Position numbers and translations under genes: made by a program
Shown here: piece after piece, positions 51,527 to 62,135 of the stretch
Position numbering within the stretch: position 1 is the stretch's first letter
Layout: every line of letters starts with the position of its first letter
DNA from: Nostoc sp. DedSLP01
GTDB lineage: Bacteria > Cyanobacteriota > Cyanobacteriia > Cyanobacteriales > Nostocaceae
Reading direction: 5' to 3'
Assembly (NCBI GenBank): GCA_034530875.2
Contig: JAVRCJ020000006.1
Span: 160,001 to 224,000 of the forward strand
Length of the DNA stretch: 64,000 nt
The notes under the pieces: model-generated
The model's input: only the letters and a program-made list of their open reading frames with translations
Database searches by the model: none
Told to the model about the DNA's origin: nothing

Positions 51527-52147
51527 GTGTCAAATAATACTAAACCTTTGATTATCGGCGTATCGGGCGCATCTGGTCTGATTTACGCCGTTCGCGCTCT
51601 CAAATTTCTGTTGGAAGCAGAATATAATATCGAGCTGGTTGCCTCTAAATCAACTTACATGGTTTGGCAGTCGGAACAGGAAATTCGGATGCCAGCAGAA
51701 CCAATTCAACAAGAACAATTCTGGCGAGAGCAAGCTGGAGTACCTGTTTCTGGTAAACTACGCACTCATCCTTGGGGTGATGTTGGTGCTGGAATTGCCA
51801 GTGGTTCCTTTGCCACTTTGGGAATGATTATTATTCCATGCAGCATGAGTACAGTGGCAAAGCTAGCAGTTGGCTTGAGTTCCGACTTACTAGAACGTGC
51901 AGCCGATGTCCAACTCAAAGAAGGGCGCAAACTGGTAATAGTCCCCCGCGAAACCCCTTTTAGCTTGATTCATTTGCGTAACTTAACTTCTTTAGCAGAA
52001 GTTGGAGTTAGAATTGTCCCCGCTATTCCCGCCTGGTATCACAATCCGCAAACTATTGAGGATTTAGTTGATTTTGTAGTTGCCCGTGCTTTAGATCAAC
52101 TAGATATTGACTGTATACCAATTCAGCGGTGGCAAGGAAGGAGGTAA
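51527..52147 (+). CDS. ubiX: flavin prenyltransferase UbiX
   Basis: 'GVSGASG', 'ASGS', 'PCSMST', 'RETP', 'PAWYHNP'. Confidence 0.93.
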   Translation: MSNNTKPLIIGVSGASGLIYAVRALKFLLEAEYNIELVASKSTYMVWQSEQEIRMPAEPIQQEQFWREQAGVPVSGKLRTHPWGDVGAGIASGSFATLGMIIIPCSMSTVAKLAVGLSSDLLERAADVQLKEGRKLVIVPRETPFSLIHLRNLTSLAEVGVRIVPAIPAWYHNPQTIEDLVDFVVARALDQLDIDCIPIQRWQGRR

Positions 52148-52173
52148 TAGCAATTCAAAATTCAAAATGACGC

Positions 52174-52257
52174 TCTCTACGAGACGCTGCGCGAACGCGG
52201 ACTCGCTCTAAGCGTACCCCTACGGGGAAGCAAGCTACGCGTAGCGTCTCGTAGAGA
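52174..52257. repeat. nested SDR-like short dispersed repeats with a 15-bp perfect inverted repeat
   Basis: tctctacgagacgct (52174-52188) / agcgtctcgtagaga (52243-52257). Confidence 0.75.
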
Positions 52258-52552
52258 AGCCATGCGGAAGGCTTTACGCTGCGCTAACAAAATTAGGAAA
52301 CCTAGAGGTGAAAAAGGTTTTTGAGTTTCGATGTGTTACTGAATTTTGGAGAATTGATATAAAAAGGTAAAAGTAAAAAGGTATAGCAGGGAACAGGCAA
52401 TAAGGTTTCAAGTCTATTGCTGTTGGGGTTTCACGATCGCTTTATGTCCTAAACTATGCTTCAACTGCTGTAAAACAAAGATAGAGTCACTTTTTACTTT
52501 TACCTTTTGCCTTTTGCCTTTTGCTTTGTACCTTTTACCTTTTGCCTTTGTT

Positions 52553-53254
52553 ATGGCTGTAATTCGCTTAATTTTATTAGTGGCGGTACTGGGAGGGCTA
52601 ACACTTTTGTTAATTCAAAATTGGTCGCCTCCCCTATCGCTAGTATTTTTAGGTCTGCGGAGTCAACCATTACCGCTAGCAATGTGGGTTTTATTTAGTA
52701 CCGTCAGTGGTGCTTTTACATCTATATTGATTGCTACGTTGTTTAAATTATCTAATTATTTTGCGGCAGGACAACGCCCAACTCCCGGCAGAACCACAGC
52801 AACTTCACCTCGTAGCAAGGCAAATCGTAGAGAAGAACCTACATTTACATCTACTCGTCCGAGTCCTCCACCACCAGCTAATAAAAAAGAAGAACCTAGC
52901 AACGAAGTCTTTGATGATTGGGAGACAAATAGTAGTGGAGATGATTGGGACTTTGATGAACAGCCAGAACCAGCACCTACGCCTAATTCGCAAACTCAAC
53001 AGTCTAGGGAATCTAAAAGTTACGAACGTCAATCGCAACCTAAAAGCAGTTCTGGATCTGGTTCAGTTTATTCCTACAGTTACCGAGAACCTAAAAATAC
53101 GGCGGCGGGAAAAACTGAATCTATTTATGATGCTGATTACCGAGTAATTATTCCCCCTTATCAGCCACCGACTACCAATCAAGCAGATGATGAGGATGAT
53201 TGGGAATTTTTAGATGATGATTTTGAAGGTGGCGATCGCCCCTCCCGTCGGTGA
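52553..53254 (+). CDS. LapA-like membrane protein with long disordered acidic/Pro-rich tail
   Basis: 'LLIQNWSP.LSLVFLG...PL' LapA-type TM hairpin; 'YDADYRVI.PP'. Confidence 0.7.
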   Translation: MAVIRLILLVAVLGGLTLLLIQNWSPPLSLVFLGLRSQPLPLAMWVLFSTVSGAFTSILIATLFKLSNYFAAGQRPTPGRTTATSPRSKANRREEPTFTSTRPSPPPPANKKEEPSNEVFDDWETNSSGDDWDFDEQPEPAPTPNSQTQQSRESKSYERQSQPKSSSGSGSVYSYSYREPKNTAAGKTESIYDADYRVIIPPYQPPTTNQADDEDDWEFLDDDFEGGDRPSRR

Positions 53255-53273
53255 GACGCATTAGGCTACTTTT

Positions 53274-53468
53274 CTACTTGATACCACACCTTTCTCTGGA
53301 CTCTTGCTTGACTTTGCCAGTCATAGCTGCTTCCTGCAAAGTCATAAAAGCATTAAAATCTTCCAAGTCATAACGGGTAGTCAACAGTTGTCGGAGTCGA
53401 TCTTCAGCTTCCACTGTCAAATAGCCAGTTGCTAAAGCTTTTTGTACAACATCACGAATTCGAGTCAT
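53274..53468 (-). CDS. conserved small cyanobacterial hypothetical protein
   Basis: 'IRDVVQKALATGYLTVEAE..LRQLL...YD.ED..A...LQ.A.M.G.VKQESRE'. Confidence 0.75.
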   Translation of the reverse strand: MTRIRDVVQKALATGYLTVEAEDRLRQLLTTRYDLEDFNAFMTLQEAAMTGKVKQESRERCGIK

Positions 53469-54200
53469 AGTTGACGCCTCATTCATCCTACTATTCATTA
53501 ATTCAGGCTTATTCAAGTGAAATATGCGGTAGTTTTTGTGTCGAAACTTCCTATTTGCAAATATTTTTTGGATTGCTTTCGTTAAAGAGTCATTATTTAT
53601 ACCTTTTTTAATAGAAAAATTTAATGGAGCTTGTGATAACTGAATTAGTATAGAAATTACATTGTGACGTTAGAAACACAGTATTTAGTATACTTAAAAT
53701 TCCTCATCAGAGAAAAAACCAGATACTTAAGTAGACACAAATCCTTTCGATAAAGTTTCAGAAAAGTTATATTAAATTTTCGTTAAGGCTAAGCATAGCG
53801 ATAGAAAATTTGTTAATTCAGTTAAGGAAAGTTACTATCTGCGCGATTGATGTATGTTTATTTATGCTGAATCATCCTTTATCTGCTAACTAAGTTATTT
53901 TAAATACATCAATTTTCCTTGCTCTCAATTGAAATTATCGATAAAGGCATTATGCTTTAATTTGATGTAATGCCCTATGTGAAAGTGCGATCGCCTTGAC
54001 TATTCATCTTGTAAGTAGTCAGTTTCGTTGTAGTGAATGAAACAGTGCGATCGCAATTTTACATTTAAATTTAGTTGATTAGCGATCGCTTTGTGACTAC
54101 CTAAAGTGCAATGCTTTGCTATGAATTGTCTACAAATAAGTGCGTTGGCGCTATAATTTGGGGCTGTGATTCAGAACTCATAATTGGAGCGAAGCAACTG

Positions 54201-54749
54201 GTGAGCAGTTTATTACAAGGAGTCAACCTCTACTTAATTGGGATGATGGGTGTTGGAAAGACCACAGTGGGGCGCTTACTCGCACAGCAATTGGGCTATG
54301 GATTTGTAGATACTGATGATGTTATTGCTAAAGCAGCAGGTAAATCCATCAATCAGATTTTTTCCCAGGAAGGAGAAGCAACATTTCGTCAGTTAGAAAG
54401 CGATGTGCTGTCACAGGTTTGTGCTTTTACAAAATTAGCGATCGCAACTGGTGGCGGTATTGTATTGCGGCGAGAAAATTGGAGTTACTTACACCACGGT
54501 TTGATAGTGTGGCTAGATGCACCAGTGGAGTTGATTTACAGCCGTTTAGCTGAGGATACTACAAGACCCCTGCTGCAAGATGTCGATGCTCAAGAAAAGT
54601 TGCGATCGCTTCTCGAACAACGCCAAGGACTATATTCACAAGCCGATTTAAGAATCACCATCAGTGAGGGAGAAACGCCAGAACAAATTGCTACGCGAGT
54701 ACTTGATGCAATTCCTAGCGTTCTGAAAAAACCTGTTTCTCATTCATAA
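54201..54749 (+). CDS. aroK: shikimate kinase
   Basis: 'GMMGVGKTT', 'DTD', 'FRQLE', 'TGGG', 'RPLL'; GTG start. Confidence 0.93.
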   Translation: MSSLLQGVNLYLIGMMGVGKTTVGRLLAQQLGYGFVDTDDVIAKAAGKSINQIFSQEGEATFRQLESDVLSQVCAFTKLAIATGGGIVLRRENWSYLHHGLIVWLDAPVELIYSRLAEDTTRPLLQDVDAQEKLRSLLEQRQGLYSQADLRITISEGETPEQIATRVLDAIPSVLKKPVSHS

Positions 54750-54839
54750 GAAAAACGTACTAACAGATTATTAAGTGTAATTGCGGAATTATAGAATTAT
54801 TGCAATAATTTTCGCAAATCTCGCTGAATCAAAAACCCT

Positions 54840-54921
54840 ATGCTTTAGATATCTAGGCAGCAGTTGCAGGGCGGTAAGTATGTAATTAAACAGTTACTTG
54901 GACAAGATGGATTGCGATCGC
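54840..54921 (+). pseudogene. 5' stub of a Ser/Thr kinase gene ending at a HIP1 site
   Basis: Translates ML*ISRQQLQGGKYVIKQLLGQDGL, resembling the cyanobacterial kinase start M.W..GQQLQ.GKY.I...LGQGGFG; GCGATCGC at 54914-54921. Confidence 0.65.
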
Positions 54922-54950
54922 CACTTAACTTTCAAGACAATCGCCACTGT

Positions 54951-55214
54951 TTACTCGTAATGCGTCCACATCCGAATTATCTTAATTACTTGCTCAGATT
55001 CGATGACCTCATAGACTAATCGATGCTGTATATTAATCCTGCGAGAATAAGCACCTGATAAATCACCAACTAATTTTTCAAAAGGTGGAGGGTTTTGAAA
55101 CGGATTTTCTGCAATAACAGTGAGTAATTCCTCGGCTTTATCCTTCAAATTACTAGAAGCTAACTTCTTCGCATCTCTTTGCGCTTGTTTTGTGTAAACC
55201 AACTGCCAACTCAC
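54951..55214 (-). CDS. yoeB: Txe/YoeB family toxin
   Basis: 'EKLVGDLSGAYSRRINIQHRLVY...MWTHYE'; GTG start overlaps the antitoxin stop. Confidence 0.92.
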   Translation of the reverse strand: MSWQLVYTKQAQRDAKKLASSNLKDKAEELLTVIAENPFQNPPPFEKLVGDLSGAYSRRINIQHRLVYEVIESEQVIKIIRMWTHYE

Positions 55215-55456
55215 CAATTCAAATCCCGATCGCAATCTTCAATAGCAGTAGCCAATCCTTCTTTAATAGATTCTCGCATTCCAGGGATAGATAATAAGTA
55301 CAGAGTTTCCTGAATAGCAGACCAGTCTTTTTCAGCTAGCAGAATTGCATTCCCACGATTTCCTTCAATAATAATAGGTTTACCCTGCTCTGCTACTTGG
55401 TCAATGAGCTTTTGTAAATTATTTTGAGCATCATTTACGGGAAGCGAAGACATCAT
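55211..55456 (-). CDS. yefM: Phd/YefM family antitoxin
   Basis: 'L.KLIDQV...PIII.G.RGNAILL...W.AIQETLYLLSIPGM'. Confidence 0.9.
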   Translation of the reverse strand: MMSSLPVNDAQNNLQKLIDQVAEQGKPIIIEGNRGNAILLAEKDWSAIQETLYLLSIPGMRESIKEGLATAIEDCDRDLNW

Positions 55457-55542
55457 AATTTTTATAACTCACAATAACTTTACTCTAGCTTATAAGATTG
55501 GCGCTTTCTCTTACCACAAGAATTATTTAATACAAATCCTAC

Positions 55543-56952
55543 TTATTTATTATTAAGAGGAACAAAATCATACCCAGTAGAAGATTTACTACTCGGCTGC
55601 ACCTTGACTAATATTGCTGTGCCATTGCGATCGCCTGATGGTAAAAATTCGATTTTACCTGTGGCGCCATAAGCTGAAAAACTTGGACTATGCAACACCT
55701 TTTCCAAGCCATCGCGGTTTTTGCTTTGCTGCAAACCTTTAGCGATGGCTATAGTTGCATCATAAGCCGTAGCAGTTCGCCAATTAACAGTTCCACCCCA
55801 AAGTTTCACAGCATTTTGAGAAAAGTCATTACCTGGAATTGCGTTAGGATGCCAAGTTACAGACAATACCATGCCATTCACATCTGCTTTTCCTACCTGT
55901 AAAGTTTGAAATGTGTAAAGCGTAGGACTAGCAAACAGCGTTAATTTCCCTTGATTTGCTGCTGCTAATTCCAAGGCTTTGTTAATTCTATCTACATGAG
56001 GCGCTAACACTAAACTATCTGCACCACTACTAATAAATTGAGAAATAACTGCATTGGGATTAAAATCGGCAGCAAAAAGATCGCAATTTGTCAGATTAAC
56101 TTTGCCACCTGCGGCTAATATGCCTTTAACAAGCTCATCTTTAAACGATTGATTATCAATAGCTTTGGAATCAGCACAAATGCCAACATTAGTTTTGCGA
56201 GCTGTTTTGACGATATGAGTAGCAAGACGGTCAGCAACAGAGTTAATACTGGGAATAGTGCGGAATATATAACTGCCAATACCAGAGAGGTTTTGAGCGA
56301 AACTGGTGGGAGAAATCATAACTAAACCTCCCTGTTGATAGACTGGAGCAGCGGCAATGGAAGCATTACTAGCGTTATGTCCTACTACAGCTAGAATGCT
56401 GGAATCTTTAACAAACTGCGTTGCCACCTGTTGAGCTAAACTAGGGTCGTTGTCATCGCTGGCGATCGCTACCTGCAAAAGCTTACCATTAATGCCCTCA
56501 GTCCGATTAATCCGATCTTGAGCTTGAGCCACACCCCGCAAAATTTCTTTTGCAACATCTAGATTGCCACCAATCGGCACGCTAACTGCGATTTTGAGAT
56601 ATTTACTATTGTCTCCTTGGGAATTATTTAAATAAATTAACGTCTCTGGATCGTTGCGGTCTTTAAGTAGAGACGCTTTAAAACTATTGGCAGCACTCAC
56701 AAAATCGCCCTTAGCAAAAGCTTGTACTCCTGCTTCTTTATCAGGGTTAGTATTAGCAGTAACTAAAATTTTCTCACCTAAACTAATTCGTTCTGATATT
56801 GAATTTGTATTTACTTGACCTTTATTCTCTTCTTGTAAAGAAATAATACTTTTTCCAAAAAACTGATTCCACAACCAAAAGCCAAAGCCCAGTAAAAAGA
56901 TTGTGGACAGCAAAGACAAAATAAGAAGTTTAATTTCCTTCTGGGAATTCAT
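55543..56952 (-). CDS. membrane-anchored LivJ-like solute-binding protein, paralog of 18497-19894
   Basis: Shared 'RIS.GEK', 'NDPE.LIYLNN', 'EILRG.AQAQ', 'WRTAT.YDAT', 'GYDF.P'. Confidence 0.88.
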   Translation of the reverse strand: MNSQKEIKLLILSLLSTIFLLGFGFWLWNQFFGKSIISLQEENKGQVNTNSISERISLGEKILVTANTNPDKEAGVQAFAKGDFVSAANSFKASLLKDRNDPETLIYLNNSQGDNSKYLKIAVSVPIGGNLDVAKEILRGVAQAQDRINRTEGINGKLLQVAIASDDNDPSLAQQVATQFVKDSSILAVVGHNASNASIAAAPVYQQGGLVMISPTSFAQNLSGIGSYIFRTIPSINSVADRLATHIVKTARKTNVGICADSKAIDNQSFKDELVKGILAAGGKVNLTNCDLFAADFNPNAVISQFISSGADSLVLAPHVDRINKALELAAANQGKLTLFASPTLYTFQTLQVGKADVNGMVLSVTWHPNAIPGNDFSQNAVKLWGGTVNWRTATAYDATIAIAKGLQQSKNRDGLEKVLHSPSFSAYGATGKIEFLPSGDRNGTAILVKVQPSSKSSTGYDFVPLNNK

Positions 56953-57000
56953 AGTTTAGTTAACAATAGTAGTCGCCAGATGTGGCACTGAAGTGAATGA

Positions 57001-57170
57001 ATGGGGAGATGGGGAGATGGGGAGGGGAGCAGAGGGGCAGAGGAGGCAGGGGGGGAGCAGGGGAGAGATGGGGGAGTGTGGGGAGTGTGGGGAGAGAGGG
57101 GGGAAAGATTTCTTCCCCATCCTCCCACACCTCCCACACCTGCCACACCTGCTGTTTGCCCAATGCCCCT
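57001..57170. repeat. G-rich/C-rich composite inverted repeat upstream of argB
   Basis: Near-identical core to 22561-22631. Confidence 0.85.
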
Positions 57171-57243
57171 TACCTTATTGTTACAGGCTCCAAAGTCTTC
57201 TACACTGACTGAAATAGGTTTTAATTTTCAATGGCGGCTCCTC

Positions 57244-58140
57244 ATGACGGTTAATGATACTGAGTACATCAGGCAAGCTGAAGCCACTCGGGTGCAAGTG
57301 CTAAGCGAAGCACTACCTTACATTCAACAATTCACAGGTCGCACTGTTGTTGTTAAATATGGTGGCGCGGCGATGAAAGATAGCAAACTTAAAGATCAAG
57401 TCATCCGCGATATCGTATTTTTATCTTGTGTTGGCTTGCGGCCAATTCTAGTCCACGGTGGCGGGCCAGAAATTAATAGTTGGTTAGACAAATTGGGAAT
57501 CGAACCCCAATTTAAGAATGGTCTGCGAGTTACCGATGCCCCCACAATGGATGTGGTGGAAATGGTTTTAGTAGGTCGAGTCAATAAAGAAATTGTGGCG
57601 CTGATTAACCAAGCTGGAGGCTTGGCTGTAGGGCTTTGTGGTAAGGATGGTAATCTGATTACAGCTCGTCCCCAAGGTCAAGAAGGTATCGGTTTTGTCG
57701 GGGAAGTTAGCAATGTAGATATTAAAATTTTAGATACCCTGGCTAGTAATGGCTATATTCCAGTAGTATCCAGCGTCGCCGCAGACGAAACAGGACAAGC
57801 CTACAACATTAACGCCGATACTATAGCTGGCGAAATTGCCGCAGCGCTTGGAGCAGAAAAGTTAATTTTATTAACTGACACCAGAGGTATTTTAAAAGAT
57901 TACAAAGACCCGTCAACCTTAATTCCTAAAATAGATATTCGTGAAGCTCGAGAGTTGATTGCTACTGGTATAGTCAGCGGTGGTATGATTCCCAAAGTCA
58001 ATTGTTGCGTGCGATCGCTTGCTCAAGGAGTCCGCGCCGCACACATCATCGATGGACGCATTCCCCACGCTCTACTATTAGAAATTTTTACTGACGTTGG
58101 GATCGGCACAATGATTCTCGGCTCACAGTTTACATTGTAG
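57244..58140 (+). CDS. argB: acetylglutamate kinase
   Basis: 'VVKYGGAAM', 'VHGGGPEI', 'NINAD', 'GGMIPK'; true start at MTVNDTEY, not 57001. Confidence 0.95.
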   Translation: MTVNDTEYIRQAEATRVQVLSEALPYIQQFTGRTVVVKYGGAAMKDSKLKDQVIRDIVFLSCVGLRPILVHGGGPEINSWLDKLGIEPQFKNGLRVTDAPTMDVVEMVLVGRVNKEIVALINQAGGLAVGLCGKDGNLITARPQGQEGIGFVGEVSNVDIKILDTLASNGYIPVVSSVAADETGQAYNINADTIAGEIAAALGAEKLILLTDTRGILKDYKDPSTLIPKIDIREARELIATGIVSGGMIPKVNCCVRSLAQGVRAAHIIDGRIPHALLLEIFTDVGIGTMILGSQFTL

Positions 58141-58259
58141 AAGGGCATGGGGCAAGCAGGAGGTGTTGGAGGTGTGGGAAGAGAGGGGGGCATAAATTCT
58201 CTTTCTCCCCACACTCCCTTGTCTCCCCTGCCTCCTCTGCCCCTCTGCCTACTCACCCT

Positions 58260-58670
58260 CTACCGGGGATAAGTAATAATAACTCGCGATCGCCCGCCGC
58301 TAAATGGTGTACGGCGCCATGAGTTATTGATAATCACCGGATTAACTAGCGTTGAGTCGCGAATTGTGGGATTAATCAAAGTTGGATTAATCAAGGTGGA
58401 ATTTCTCACCCGATGTCTGACCCCAGGATAAGAATAATTGTTGTAATAATCAATGCGTTGTGGTGTTAATCCTGTTGCTGGATTTACAGGCATGGGTGTG
58501 AGAATCGGACTACCATAAATGAACGAACCAACAGCAGGCGCTTGGTTAAATCCAGAAGCACCATCAATTACAATTACTTGGGCGGATGCTGGGGCAATGG
58601 TAGCGCTCATCATTGCTAGAGATATGCCTGCTCCTAGCAAATACAAGTCTGATTGCTTGATTTTCAGCAT
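58260..58670 (-). CDS. secreted hypothetical protein with short (S/P)TL(I/V)N repeats
   Basis: Signal peptide '...APASAQ'; 'NSTLINPTLINPTIRDSTLVNPVIIN'. Confidence 0.7.
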   Translation of the reverse strand: MLKIKQSDLYLLGAGISLAMMSATIAPASAQVIVIDGASGFNQAPAVGSFIYGSPILTPMPVNPATGLTPQRIDYYNNYSYPGVRHRVRNSTLINPTLINPTIRDSTLVNPVIINNSWRRTPFSGGRSRVIITYPR

Positions 58671-58839
58671 ATTTTGATAACCTGAATTTGATACCGGAAT
58701 TTTTAAGCGAAAAATAGCCGCAGCTACATAATTAAAATTTTAGAAGTCGATCTAATTCCAGGTTGCTAGCTTCTGAGAAGATTTTAAAAAGATTCCTGAA
58801 ATTGGCAAAATAAAAATAGTGGTAATTTGTGTGTAGAAC

Positions 58840-59382
58840 GTGAGTGCAGATAGTATAGAAATTGCTAAAGCCCGCTACCAGACTGGAAAGGTTGCCTTTG
58901 AAAATGGGCAATACCGCGAAGCTATAGAAAATTTAGAAAAAGCAAGCGCCTTGTTAGCTCGCAATTCTCGTCTTGGGGGTGAAGTCGAAATTACTCTAGT
59001 GACTGCTTATGAAGCAGCGGGACGTACTGATGATGCGATCGCTCTTTGCGAAAGACTCAAACGCCACCCGCATTCTGAGATTGGCAAACAAGCACGACGG
59101 ATGGTTTACATCTTAAAAGCACCAAAACTCAAAAGACCAAGCGAGTGGATGACTGAAATTCCCGATTTAGGCGCACTACCAGATAACGAACTCAAAATTA
59201 CTGTAGCTGCTAAATCTCCTAAATCTTCTGTCGAACAGAAGCCTAAACCGATTGAGCGAGAATTCGTTGACCTCAGTCAAGTCAATACCAAAGATAATCG
59301 CTTTATCTGGGTGGCATTCATTGCCATTGGTTTTACAATTTTATATTTGATTTGGTTGAATCTTTCCGGAGCACCTGTTTGA
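58840..59382 (+). CDS. TPR-containing protein with C-terminal TM
   Basis: 'G..AFENGQYREAIE.LEKA', 'LVTAYEAAG...AIALC..L..HP'. Confidence 0.8.
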   Translation: MSADSIEIAKARYQTGKVAFENGQYREAIENLEKASALLARNSRLGGEVEITLVTAYEAAGRTDDAIALCERLKRHPHSEIGKQARRMVYILKAPKLKRPSEWMTEIPDLGALPDNELKITVAAKSPKSSVEQKPKPIEREFVDLSQVNTKDNRFIWVAFIAIGFTILYLIWLNLSGAPV

Positions 59383-59489
59383 TGGCCCGATCGCAAGTAG
59401 CTTTTCTTGGAAGCGAATTTTATACTTTTTGATTGTTTATAAACCTCATGCCCGCAAAGGCAGATAAGTTTATCAATCAAGTCTGACTG

Positions 59490-60614
59490 CTATAGACAAT
59501 GATGGTATACGTCAGCTGTCATTTTTGCAATGTAGCTCCAATTATACTGTTGAGCTAGCTCAAAATTGTGTTTTCCCATAAATAATAACTCATCCCGCTT
59601 TTCTAAAGCAGAATTAATTGCTTTTTTTAAGCCATTTTCATCATCTATCTGATATAAAAATGCTCCTCCCTCGTCAAGCACTTCTCCAATACAACCTTTG
59701 CGTGGTGCGATGCACGCTCTACCGAATGACATTGCCAAAATTACTGCGCCTGATGTCAAAATATCTCGGTATGGAAATATAACTATATCGGAGGCATTCA
59801 TATAGACTTGAACTTGTTCGTCTGGAACAAAGCCTGGAAAAAACTTGATTTTTGGATTGTTAGTAATCTTTTGTCTGAGCGTATCCGTTATTTCTTCGCT
59901 ATCGTCGTGAACTCTACCAGCAATAACTAGTTGAACATCATCACTATTGTTAGTGTATAGCTGATTAAATGTATCTATAAGTTCAAATACTCCTTTGTAG
60001 GCACGAATCGTACCAAGGAAGAGAATAACAAGACTAGAATTTTTTAAACTTAACTTTTCTCGGGCAGTTGCTCGATCGATTTTATTTTCGTAACACTCTA
60101 TATAATTTCCATGTGGAACAACAAATATTTTTTCTTTGTTATTGATGGAAAATTCTTTAATAATTTCTTCTTTAGCTGCTTGACAATGAGCAATAATAGC
60201 GTTAGCTAATCTAGATACAACAATACTATAAACTCGATCTAAAATTAAATTTTTATTTTCATGATTTTTAATATTATGTACAGTCCAAATAATTTTTATT
60301 CCAAGGATTTTTATAAAAATTAGCTCAAATGTTATTATTAAAAATTTAATAAAATTAACTAAATGATTCGTAGAACGTCCAAAAAATGGATGTAACCAAT
60401 GTAGATGCACTACATTTGCCTTTTCTGGAAAAAGTACTGTGGGTAAAAAGAATGTTCTGGAATATGTGTTGGGAATGATTAATTGAATATCTACTTTTTG
60501 AAGATTGGCGATTAGCTGTGTTATGTAAGGGTTATTATCAATTACTTTAGGTAAAAAAATAGATTTTATATGTTTTGTTTTTGAAGCTACTTTAATCGGT
60601 TCTGTTAGTGTCAT
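59490..60614 (-). CDS. glycosyltransferase family 4 (GT-B)
   Basis: 'WTVHN', 'VPHG', 'G.IRAYKG', 'FPY...TSGA..LAMSFG'. Confidence 0.9.
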   Translation of the reverse strand: MTLTEPIKVASKTKHIKSIFLPKVIDNNPYITQLIANLQKVDIQLIIPNTYSRTFFLPTVLFPEKANVVHLHWLHPFFGRSTNHLVNFIKFLIITFELIFIKILGIKIIWTVHNIKNHENKNLILDRVYSIVVSRLANAIIAHCQAAKEEIIKEFSINNKEKIFVVPHGNYIECYENKIDRATAREKLSLKNSSLVILFLGTIRAYKGVFELIDTFNQLYTNNSDDVQLVIAGRVHDDSEEITDTLRQKITNNPKIKFFPGFVPDEQVQVYMNASDIVIFPYRDILTSGAVILAMSFGRACIAPRKGCIGEVLDEGGAFLYQIDDENGLKKAINSALEKRDELLFMGKHNFELAQQYNWSYIAKMTADVYHHCL

Positions 60615-60776
60615 AATGATTTGAGTTTGTTAAACTTTATATCAACATCAGACCTAACGGCTCAAACTGTGCAGTTTGTTCCGTTCATAATGACAATTTT
60701 ATACTTTATTTTGGCTGGGAAATAAAATATCCTTTTGAATCGAGTTAATGAAAATTGTCAGCTTTTAAAACTTATT

Positions 60777-60897
60777 ATTTTTGGATGAGACTGGTAGCAC
60801 AGCAGGGTGGGAATAAACATACGATTTGAAATGTCTAAAACCCTTATGCAACAGTCATTACGAATTACGCGAAGCGGTACCAGCCTCATCCAAAAAT
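60777..60897. repeat. 20-bp inverted repeat enclosing an ~80 bp dispersed-repeat fragment
   Basis: atttttggatgagactggta / taccagcctcatccaaaaat, one mismatch. Confidence 0.7.
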
Positions 60898-60905
60898 TTG
60901 GTTTT

Positions 60906-62135
60906 TTATTTTAAAACCTTCAAAATCATATCGAAGTTAGCGGCTGCTTGTTGCTTAACTCTTGGTAAAACTTCATTTAGTTGATTAGCAACTTCGTGAC
61001 GTTTATTCCAAGAGTTAACTATGGCTTCACATGCTAACTCAGGATTGAGAAATTGTTGAATAGAAATCAATAGTCCATTATTATGCAGTGTTTCGGAACC
61101 GAAAAGATCGGTCATAATTCCTTCTGCTTTAACTGAATAACCAACTGGCATAGTACAGACACCGCTGGAAAGACCAGCGATCGCTGGATGCATTCTTTCA
61201 GCTACAACCATATCGCAAGCTCCAATTAAGCCTTTGAACTCTGATGCAGTCAGATCTGCACCTGCAAGCCGAACATCTAAATTATAGTCAAGGGCTTGTA
61301 ACAATTGTGTGGCAAAGATGCGATCGTCGTTATTCGCGTTGATTTCCTGAACGTGAGGAATAATCAAGACCTGCGCCTTAAATTCGTTAATCATCAGCTT
61401 GACTACTTGACACCAGACATTGATATGGTCGTCGTAATCTTGAGCAGCATAACGGCAAATCGCCTGACTAGGTGCGATCGCTATTTTAGGTCTATCTGGG
61501 TCAATACCGTAGTTTCTAAGAATTTTACCTACAATTTCTGGCGATGGTGGTCTCAACAAAAAAGCTGGATCGGCAGTGTGTTTGACTAGGGAAGGATCTA
61601 AGCCTAAATCTTTGGTCACATATTTGTAGGAAAGTTGTTCCCGAACCGTAACTAACTGAGAACGACGAGCAACTTTCAACCAAGATTCTATTTCATTCTG
61701 AGTTTTGAATGGCCCAATTGATTGAGCGAGAAAAACAACGGGTACACCAGCATCCAGTGCGATATTTAATGGTAATAAGTGCCGATTTAGCCTTCCATAA
61801 TCAGAACTGAATACATCTCCTCCTGAAGCAATTACAATTGATGCTTCACCAATGGCTTTTACATTGGATTGGTAATCTTGTGATAAAGGCTTATAAAACT
61901 GAGAAACAATATTACGTAATTTGTGTAGCTTTGTTCTATTAGCATTTTTCAGCCAATCTTTAATTGCCTTGGAACCAAAAGCTTTTAGCCGAATGTCGTC
62001 ATAGTCTGGTGAATCTGTCAAAACATCTATACCTAAATTAGGCTGACGTTCTAGTAACTGTTGGATGGTAGGGATAACTAATGCTTCAACACCCCTATTA
62101 CGTAATCCAGTAACTCCGGTAATAATTGCCTTCAT
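60906..62135 (-). CDS. polysaccharide pyruvyltransferase (WcaK-like)
   Basis: 'NRGVEA', 'SGGD', 'QSIGPF', 'VRE..S', 'ADPAF', 'RMHPAIA', 'YSVK'. Confidence 0.9.
   Translation of the reverse strand: MKAIITGVTGLRNRGVEALVIPTIQQLLERQPNLGIDVLTDSPDYDDIRLKAFGSKAIKDWLKNANRTKLHKLRNIVSQFYKPLSQDYQSNVKAIGEASIVIASGGDVFSSDYGRLNRHLLPLNIALDAGVPVVFLAQSIGPFKTQNEIESWLKVARRSQLVTVREQLSYKYVTKDLGLDPSLVKHTADPAFLLRPPSPEIVGKILRNYGIDPDRPKIAIAPSQAICRYAAQDYDDHINVWCQVVKLMINEFKAQVLIIPHVQEINANNDDRIFATQLLQALDYNLDVRLAGADLTASEFKGLIGACDMVVAERMHPAIAGLSSGVCTMPVGYSVKAEGIMTDLFGSETLHNNGLLISIQQFLNPELACEAIVNSWNKRHEVANQLNEVLPRVKQQAAANFDMILKVLK

Noticed and set aside
53987..54089. Three HIP1 sites within ~100 bp upstream of aroK
   Set aside because: No associated stub or junction recognisable; compatible with background clustering
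57001..57243. 81-aa N-terminal extension of ArgB and overlapping short ORFs
   Set aside because: Translation of the G-rich repeat; the NAGK-like sequence begins at Met 57244
6241..58258. Tandem repeats as a possible CRISPR array
   Set aside because: Units are 7-9 bp STRR-type repeats without unique spacers; no cas genes
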